From NCBI GenBank assembly GCA_046314355.1, contig JBKBWQ010000001.1, forward strand, positions 1,504,001-1,568,000: a DNA stretch of 64,000 bases, written 5' to 3'. This document shows, piece after piece, positions 58,203 through 64,000 of this stretch (position 1 is the stretch's first letter; each line of letters opens with the position of its first letter). The translations under genes and the position numbers were made by a program. The notes below the pieces were generated by a model. It was not told the origin of the DNA. It saw nothing but the letters and a program-made list of their open reading frames with translations, and made no database searches. Source of the DNA: Candidatus Altimarinota bacterium (GTDB taxonomy: Bacteria; Patescibacteriota; Gracilibacteria; 1-14-2-50-48-13).

Positions 58203-58712
58203 TTATACATTTCCTTTGCTAAGTTCGAGCCTCTTATTATATCTCATATGTAAGATTACACAGATCAAGATTACAATATATGCCGTCAGTGCAAGGAATG
58301 GTATGGTAATAAATCCAAGATATTCCACCTGCAGCGCGCTGCATGGACTATTGAGAGTACATGGAGTATTGATAGGCAGCTTCACATGCTGAAGCAGGTA
58401 GTGAAAGATGCTTAGAGGAATTCCAAGTAAAGGGAAGGGAAGAATATAGTCTGTAAATTTCTTATCCTTCTTTAGCAGTCCTACAAGACTTATGAATACA
58501 AGCGGGTACATAAGTATTCTTGAAAACCAGCAAAGCTCACATGGTGTAAATCCATAAGAGACAAAAGGTGTGCCGTTCATGAAATTCATTACAGGGTCTC
58601 CGAAGGTAGAGTAATAGAGAGAACCAAGAGTCGCGAGGAGTGCTTGTACGAAAATAATATACTGCAGCATTCGTTGTTTTTTTGAGATAGCTACTGCCTG
58701 TTTTGTGTCCAT
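58203..58712 (-). CDS. dsbB: Disulfide bond formation protein B (BdbC-like)
   Basis: ATLGSLYYS, PCELCWFSRILMYP, second Cys pair CTLNSPC, GFITIP. Confidence 0.92.
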   Translation of the reverse strand: MDTKQAVAISKKQRMLQYIIFVQALLATLGSLYYSTFGDPVMNFMNGTPFVSYGFTPCELCWFSRILMYPLVFISLVGLLKKDKKFTDYILPFPLLGIPLSIFHYLLQHVKLPINTPCTLNSPCSALQVEYLGFITIPFLALTAYIVILICVILHMRYNKRLELSKGNV

Positions 58713-58788
58713 GAAAGAAAAATAGGAAATCTGTGTATACTGACTCTACTTGCAGTGAGTAAAAAGTAAAGTGAGCTTTGAATATATG

Positions 58789-58820
58789 AGAAAAGAGACC
58801 CTAGGTAGGATCTCTTTTCT
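58789..58820 (-). terminator. Intrinsic terminator
   Basis: AGAAAAGAGA..CTA...TAG..TCTCTTTTCT. Confidence 0.65.
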
Positions 58821-58832
58821 TGCAGTTTGAGC

Positions 58833-60629
58833 TTACTTTATATCCACCAAAGCTTGTCCGTAGAAGCTAATAATCTTTGGTGCATCTTGAGAGGATTCTA
58901 CTTTTTCTGCTTCAATGGAATTCATTTGGAATTTAACGCGTAGTTTTTCATTTTCGAAAAGATAGCTCATTTTTTCTGCTGATGTGGAATTGCCTTTCAG
59001 TGCTTCAGAACAGTTTTGTTTTGCGACCTCATTGAGATAGTCCCGCATATTGATTGCGGCTATCTCCGCTCCTGCTTCTTTTATTCTTACTGTAAAAGTA
59101 TCATGATCTGTTGTAAGGGTATAGTTTTTACCAGAGATAGACATATTCTGTGGTTGAGTATTTGGAGAATAGATATTCTCACTTATATTACTGAGATAAA
59201 GATCATACCCTGAGACATCTATGCTTGACTCTGTGTTCTCTGTACGAATATAACAAGTCACTGTTCCCCGATTCCACCCTAAGAAGCTCGTAGCAGGATC
59301 AAGATTGAGCAGAGAAATTATTTCACCCCGAGAGAGTGCACTAATATCTTTATCAAACCATGGGGCAAGCACTTGTATAGAATGGGTGTTATCCAGGTAA
59401 CTCACAATATTGGATATTCTATCTGCGTCAGATCCTCCAATCGGTGAAGGGATTGCAACTACTTTGTTGTCCTTGAATGCTCCGTTTTTTTCAAGTAATT
59501 CTGAGAGCTCATGCATCTGACTGTTCTTTGAAACCTCTCCTATACTCCATGGACCTATGGATCCGATGAGTATAATAACCAGCAGTGAGAGTGAGAGAAC
59601 CTCTAGTCTCTTCTGACGGCTGATAATAAAATAGAGAGACGTAATACTCAGCCAGACTCCTCCAGCAAGAAGAGCATATCTGCTTTCAGTGATGCCGACA
59701 CTATCTATACGGAGCCATGTTGCCAAGAAAAGCATCACTACTTGAGGGAGCAGTATCAGGAAGAAGAGTGGCTTCCAAATACGAGCGTTTTTATGTTCAG
59801 AAAGTCTGCTATGTAGGATGACAAAGGTAAGTAATCCAATGATAGAGAATCCAAGTACCAGCAATGCTACTTGTCCATTTGGCCACATACCTGTGAAAAG
59901 AATTTTTGCAGAATATGTATAAAGAATAGCAAAATAAATAACTGTAGCTGGAAATGCAATATACAAAGCAAACCACTGCAGCGGAAATGCCACCTGGGAA
60001 TGAGGCTGCACCTTGCTGGATGCTACTGGTATTCTTGAGAGAAAAAATACGGGACTGAATAATGCGGTTACTATAATCCAGAAATCCGTATAAGTGGTGC
60101 TTGAGATATCTACACTGAAAAGCAGGCTGATACTTCCAAATGCCACAGTAATAGCTATGAAAATACAAACTGCGCAGAATATTGTGACGATAGCGTTGAA
60201 AAGCAGTGATACTACGTGCTCCCAATAATATTCTTTTATATTACTCAAAGGTACTAGAGTCATCAGTACAAGTCCCAATACAAATATAATAAGCGAATAG
60301 ATTATATATATTGCAGGAGCAGCACTAAGTGGAAAGGGAAGTATAAAATAATAAGCTGCAATAAGCGCAACGAAGCCCAGGTAGCTTCCTATCTTTCCTA
60401 GGAATGGAAGCTGCTTTTTTTCCAAAAAGAAAGATAAAGCAACGCTTGCTGGAAAAAGAGTTACAAAGATAAGTAGGAATCTGCGTACTATATCTGAATC
60501 CTGATTGTGCGTAAATGAGATGCCAAACACCGTAATAAGTGCAGCAAGTAGTATGGAGAGAGGAAACCTGTTGATTGATGTACGGACAGCTTGAAATATA
60601 TTTTCGAAGGACCAGGAAAATATGTGCAT
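58833..60629 (-). CDS. DUF4153-family multi-pass membrane protein
   Basis: RFP at N-terminus, IYFAILYTYSAKIL...WPNG, RIDSVGITESRY, GPWS..VS..SQ; start at ATG 60629 after TTGACC-16-TACAAT. Confidence 0.85.
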   Translation of the reverse strand: MHIFSWSFENIFQAVRTSINRFPLSILLAALITVFGISFTHNQDSDIVRRFLLIFVTLFPASVALSFFLEKKQLPFLGKIGSYLGFVALIAAYYFILPFPLSAAPAIYIIYSLIIFVLGLVLMTLVPLSNIKEYYWEHVVSLLFNAIVTIFCAVCIFIAITVAFGSISLLFSVDISSTTYTDFWIIVTALFSPVFFLSRIPVASSKVQPHSQVAFPLQWFALYIAFPATVIYFAILYTYSAKILFTGMWPNGQVALLVLGFSIIGLLTFVILHSRLSEHKNARIWKPLFFLILLPQVVMLFLATWLRIDSVGITESRYALLAGGVWLSITSLYFIISRQKRLEVLSLSLLVIILIGSIGPWSIGEVSKNSQMHELSELLEKNGAFKDNKVVAIPSPIGGSDADRISNIVSYLDNTHSIQVLAPWFDKDISALSRGEIISLLNLDPATSFLGWNRGTVTCYIRTENTESSIDVSGYDLYLSNISENIYSPNTQPQNMSISGKNYTLTTDHDTFTVRIKEAGAEIAAINMRDYLNEVAKQNCSEALKGNSTSAEKMSYLFENEKLRVKFQMNSIEAEKVESSQDAPKIISFYGQALVDIK

Positions 60630-60706
60630 AGAGTGGAGTAAAGATAATGACTCTATTGTACTCCTTGAGTATGAAAGGTCAAATATCACATTTGTGAAGG
60701 ATATTT

Positions 60707-61402
60707 CTATTTTACTGCAAGCATAATTCCTAGGGTTTTGGAGTATTTTGAAGGCTTGAGATGTCTAATAGTAAATCCATTTTTTTCAAAAATTTCTATT
60801 AATTCTTTGTGACTTCTGCCGAAGTGTTCATGATATTCCATAAAAATAGCCTGTATTTTTGAAAAAGTTTCAGGGGAAGTACTTTCAAAAATATCATATT
60901 CAGCTCCTTCACAATCGATTTTTAGCAAAGAACAGATTTCAATGTTATTTTCTTTCATAATATCATCAAGGGAAATACCTGGAACTATTTTGTACTGCTT
61001 TGCGTCTTTAGCATAAGGCTCACAGAGAGAGTTATTGTGGTTATTGTTACTGATATTGAGGTATACATCTTCAGTGGTCCCAGCTGCTGCCATATGAAAT
61101 GCTGTAATTTTCTGCAGAGCATTCTGCTTTATATTTTGAGTGAGTAATTCAAAGTTATCAACTGCAGCTTCATAGGCAATGATAGGTACTGAATGATTGA
61201 GTGACCGTACAAAAAACTCAAAGGTACCAATATGAGCACCAATATCGATGATGCAATCAGAAGCTTCTTTTATAAGTTTTTTGCAAATCTTATAGTCTTG
61301 ATCAATAAGGACCTCTTCAATAACTGACTCATCAGTGGAGTCACGAAAGAGGATGTTATACGTATATTTTCCTACGCTTATTTGTTTAGTACGATGAGAC
61401 AT
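60707..61402 (-). CDS. FkbM-family methyltransferase
   Basis: IIDIGAHIG, AYEA, LLKIDCEGAEYDI, MEYH; start placed at ATG 61402. Confidence 0.9.
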   Translation of the reverse strand: MSHRTKQISVGKYTYNILFRDSTDESVIEEVLIDQDYKICKKLIKEASDCIIDIGAHIGTFEFFVRSLNHSVPIIAYEAAVDNFELLTQNIKQNALQKITAFHMAAAGTTEDVYLNISNNNHNNSLCEPYAKDAKQYKIVPGISLDDIMKENNIEICSLLKIDCEGAEYDIFESTSPETFSKIQAIFMEYHEHFGRSHKELIEIFEKNGFTIRHLKPSKYSKTLGIMLAVK

Positions 61403-61554
61403 TATTCGGTGTAATATGCATGATGAGTCGATTGTATCAAATGAATGAATAAGCCACAATAATAACACATATTCTTATGTAAATATGTTACTCAGCTATT
61501 TACAAAATAAATCTAAAGGTTACAATGAACTATTACATAATAACTTCCTACACT

Positions 61555-61701
61555 ATGCTTTGGAACATACTAGTAGTATTGCTTGTACTTTGGCTTCTTG
61601 GACTCGTAAGCTCCAATACTTTAGGAGGATACATCCATGTTCTTCTTGTGGTAGCAGTTGTACTCTTTGTGGTGCAGATGCTTACTGGAAAGAGACCATA
61701 A
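61555..61701 (+). CDS. lmo0937-family small membrane protein (48 aa; not in ORF track)
   Basis: MLWNILVVLLVLWLLGLVSSNTLGGYIHVLLVVAVVLFVVQMLTGKRP; terminator follows directly. Confidence 0.88.
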   Translation: MLWNILVVLLVLWLLGLVSSNTLGGYIHVLLVVAVVLFVVQMLTGKRP

Positions 61702-61707
61702 AACGAT

Positions 61708-61740
61708 AAAAAAACACCGCATTATGTGCGGTGTTTTTTT
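61708..61740 (+). terminator. Intrinsic terminator
   Basis: AAAAAAACACCGCA-TTATG-TGCGGTGTTTTTTT. Confidence 0.9.
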
Positions 61741-62013
61741 ATGTATGTTTTTTCAAAAAATTTATTTCAATATTAGAATATTTTCTTTTCTTGCATAGCA
61801 TTCAGGTAGCTGATGGATGAAAAAGTGATCTTTATTTTCTAGACTATTGACTCCAGATTGGAAGGTACTAGCGAGAGCAGTTGTCTTGCTTTTGTAGACT
61901 CAAATAATATATTTGTCATTTGTCATGTCTACATTCAAAAAAGTCTCCACCAGATCCAGCCCAGATTCAAGAAATATGATATTATAGTATGATACCCATT
62001 TCATAGCTGTAAT

Positions 62014-64000
62014 ATGCTGCTTTCGTCTTACAAAAAGAATAAATTTGGACTGCTTACCAGCATCTTTCTGCCTTTCATTCTTTTGGTTGCATACACCTTG
62101 GTGATGCTGCCAAAAGCAGATGCAACCACGATTTCTACAGTTGTTACATCTGCAACTGATGTTGGTTTCTATTCTGCAACCAAAGTTGGAACGGATGGCT
62201 TTGCCAGAATTGCATACTACGACACGACCGATGGCGACCTCAAATATATCCAGTGTACCAACGCAGATTGTAGTACAAAAAATACAGCTACCTTGGATAC
62301 AACAGGAGACGTAGGATCTAGTATGGATATGATCATTGCTCCAAATGGCAAGGCAATGATCTCGTACCGGGATGCAACAAACGGAAAAGTAAAGTTTGCA
62401 AACTGTAATGATGATGCTTGTAGTGCACCTACCATCAACACCATTGCTTCATCCGCGCAGGTCGTCTATACTGAAAAAATTTCATTAACCTTGGATTTCG
62501 ATGAGCGTCCTAGAATGCTCTATCGAAATTCAGGGAACTCCATACGACAGATTCGTTGTACGGATGTAAACTGTGCAGGTAGTGTTGAGACACAAGTCAC
62601 TAGTTCTGCAGCGTTTCCAACAATACGAATGGGGCTTGATGGTCTTCCAAGATTTTTCTTTTTCAGTACTTCAGTTGGAAAGCCATATTACGGTGTTTGT
62701 TTTAATGCAGACTGTAATTCAAATACTATAAACCCTACAGATACAGGATCAAATACCGGTTATTTTACTACGTTTGAAATTGGCACTGATGGGTTTGGGC
62801 GACTGGTCTACTATGATCAGACAAATGGTGATTTACGTTTTGTTCAATGTACAAATTATATTTGTACCGCATTTACTGGAACAAATCTCGATAGTAGCGG
62901 TACGGTAGGAGCTACGCCAAGCATTACTATTGATGAGAATGATTTGGCACGGATTACTTATTACGCTGGTGCACCGACGAATGACTTGAAGTATATTCAG
63001 TGTCTAAATGCTACATGTTCTAGCCGAACTACTACGGTACTTGATACGGGAGGAGATGTTGGTACAAATAGTTTTGTGACACTAGGCCTGGACGGTTTTC
63101 CACGAATTACATACTATGACACAACAAACACTGACTTGAAATTCATACAGTGTACAAGTATGGCTTGTGACAGTACCTTTGAACCTAGCAACCTCTATGC
63201 AAATACAAGTAACTTAGGTGCACAAAATGGAGACACGCTTCCAAATACTTTGAAAAATACAAATGTGGTCTTTTCAGCTGTTCATCATGATGAACAAGGT
63301 GACTCAGCAGATAAATATGAACTACAAATTGCAACGGATACTGCTTTTAGTGCTCTCGTCTATGATAGCGGAGGAGCTGGTACAGGAATGAGTACCACTC
63401 TGGCAGATGCACGTTCACCAGATATAACTCCAACTGGATTTACACCTGAGGAGGGAATAACGTACTATTGGCGAATTAAATTTTGGGATATAAATAATAA
63501 CGAAGGCTCGTTTCCGACCACATACTCGAGGTTTCGAGTACAGCAGACTCCGCGAGTGACCACGGTGGATAATAGTAAAGATGTGGGTATTTTTAACATC
63601 ACAAGAGTTGGCAGTGACGGCTTTGCAAGGATTGCATATTATGATTATTCCAATAAAGATCTGAAGTATACGCAATGTACCAACGCTGATTGTACAACAA
63701 AGAATACAGTCGTGTTGGATAGTACCGGAGACGTGGGATCAGATACCGGAATGACTATTGACACCAATGGTAACGCAGTCATAGCTTACAGAGATGCCAC
63801 AAACGACCGGGTGAAGTTACTTCGTTGTAATGATGCAGCGTGTAGCAGCCCAACGATCACCACCATTACAGGTTCCACATTGGTAGGAGGGTACCGAATA
63901 GATGTCGCCCTTGGACTGGATGACTTGCCGCGTATGATCTATGCAAGGTCAGATAGTTACCTTTTTCATATTCGATGTACCAATGCATCCTGTAGTACCA
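62014..64000 (+). CDS. Secreted Cys-paired beta-propeller repeat protein with FN3-like domain; 3' truncated (not in ORF track)
   Basis: Hand translation from ATG 62014 has no stop to the window end; signal peptide ending PKADA; repeats DG..RI.YYD....DLK..QC.NA.C; YYWRIKFWD. Confidence 0.9.
   Translation, partial: MLLSSYKKNKFGLLTSIFLPFILLVAYTLVMLPKADATTISTVVTSATDVGFYSATKVGTDGFARIAYYDTTDGDLKYIQCTNADCSTKNTATLDTTGDVGSSMDMIIAPNGKAMISYRDATNGKVKFANCNDDACSAPTINTIASSAQVVYTEKISLTLDFDERPRMLYRNSGNSIRQIRCTDVNCAGSVETQVTSSAAFPTIRMGLDGLPRFFFFSTSVGKPYYGVCFNADCNSNTINPTDTGSNTGYFTTFEIGTDGFGRLVYYDQTNGDLRFVQCTNYICTAFTGTNLDSSGTVGATPSITIDENDLARITYYAGAPTNDLKYIQCLNATCSSRTTTVLDTGGDVGTNSFVTLGLDGFPRITYYDTTNTDLKFIQCTSMACDSTFEPSNLYANTSNLGAQNGDTLPNTLKNTNVVFSAVHHDEQGDSADKYELQIATDTAFSALVYDSGGAGTGMSTTLADARSPDITPTGFTPEEGITYYWRIKFWDINNNEGSFPTTYSRFRVQQTPRVTTVDNSKDVGIFNITRVGSDGFARIAYYDYSNKDLKYTQCTNADCTTKNTVVLDSTGDVGSDTGMTIDTNGNAVIAYRDATNDRVKLLRCNDAACSSPTITTITGSTLVGGYRIDVALGLDDLPRMIYARSDSYLFHIRCTNASCST

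Noticed and set aside
61485-61709. 74-aa Cys-containing ORF from the track
   Set aside because: Shadow of the lmo0937-family gene at 61555-61701 in another frame
1-64000. Genetic code 25 (UGA=Gly) as in Gracilibacteria sensu stricto
   Set aside because: Gly-rich ORFs up to 4347 aa contain no in-frame TGA, and TGA ends genes at 9781(-) and 21135(+)

Overview
AT-rich bacterial chromosomal segment read with the standard code (table 11). Many SLH proteins, giant Ig-repeat surface proteins, orphan genes and housekeeping genes without Shine-Dalgarno sites suggest a Patescibacteria/CPR organism of the Peregrinibacteria/Abawacabacteria-like (code-11 Gracilibacteria) group; this is inference only. 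Recognisable genes include class Ia ribonucleotide reductase (nrdB-nrdA) with tandem NrdR boxes, lemA plus a TPM-domain gene, mutY, an ATM1-type ABC transporter, bolA, grxD and two 2Fe-2S ferredoxins. Also present are a RibL-like nucleotidyltransferase, two Nudix paralogues, a GHL10 hydrolase, an EVE protein, an SLH-anchored S8 protease, serC, rhodanese, rsmF, dsbB and a FkbM methyltransferase. Five unusual items stand out. (1) A two-gene operon encodes an XRE-like HTH protein and a MORC-type GHKL ATPase with Gln at the catalytic Glu position and two inserted Ig-like domains; it lies in a ~9 kb orphan block between bolA and grxD. (2) A 4347-aa adhesin with three ~2.9-kb super-repeats and a C-terminal dockerin-like loop follows a cohesin-like/SLH protein, a possible cohesin-dockerin tether. 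(3) A plant-type arogenate dehydrogenase is fused to a prephenate dehydratase domain behind a GC-rich structured leader. (4) Candidate sigma70 promoters repeatedly show a 16-bp spacer. (5) Shine-Dalgarno sites appear confined to non-housekeeping, mostly orphan, genes. No rRNA, tRNA, CRISPR array, integrase or transposase was seen. All domain calls are motif recognition by eye, not database results.
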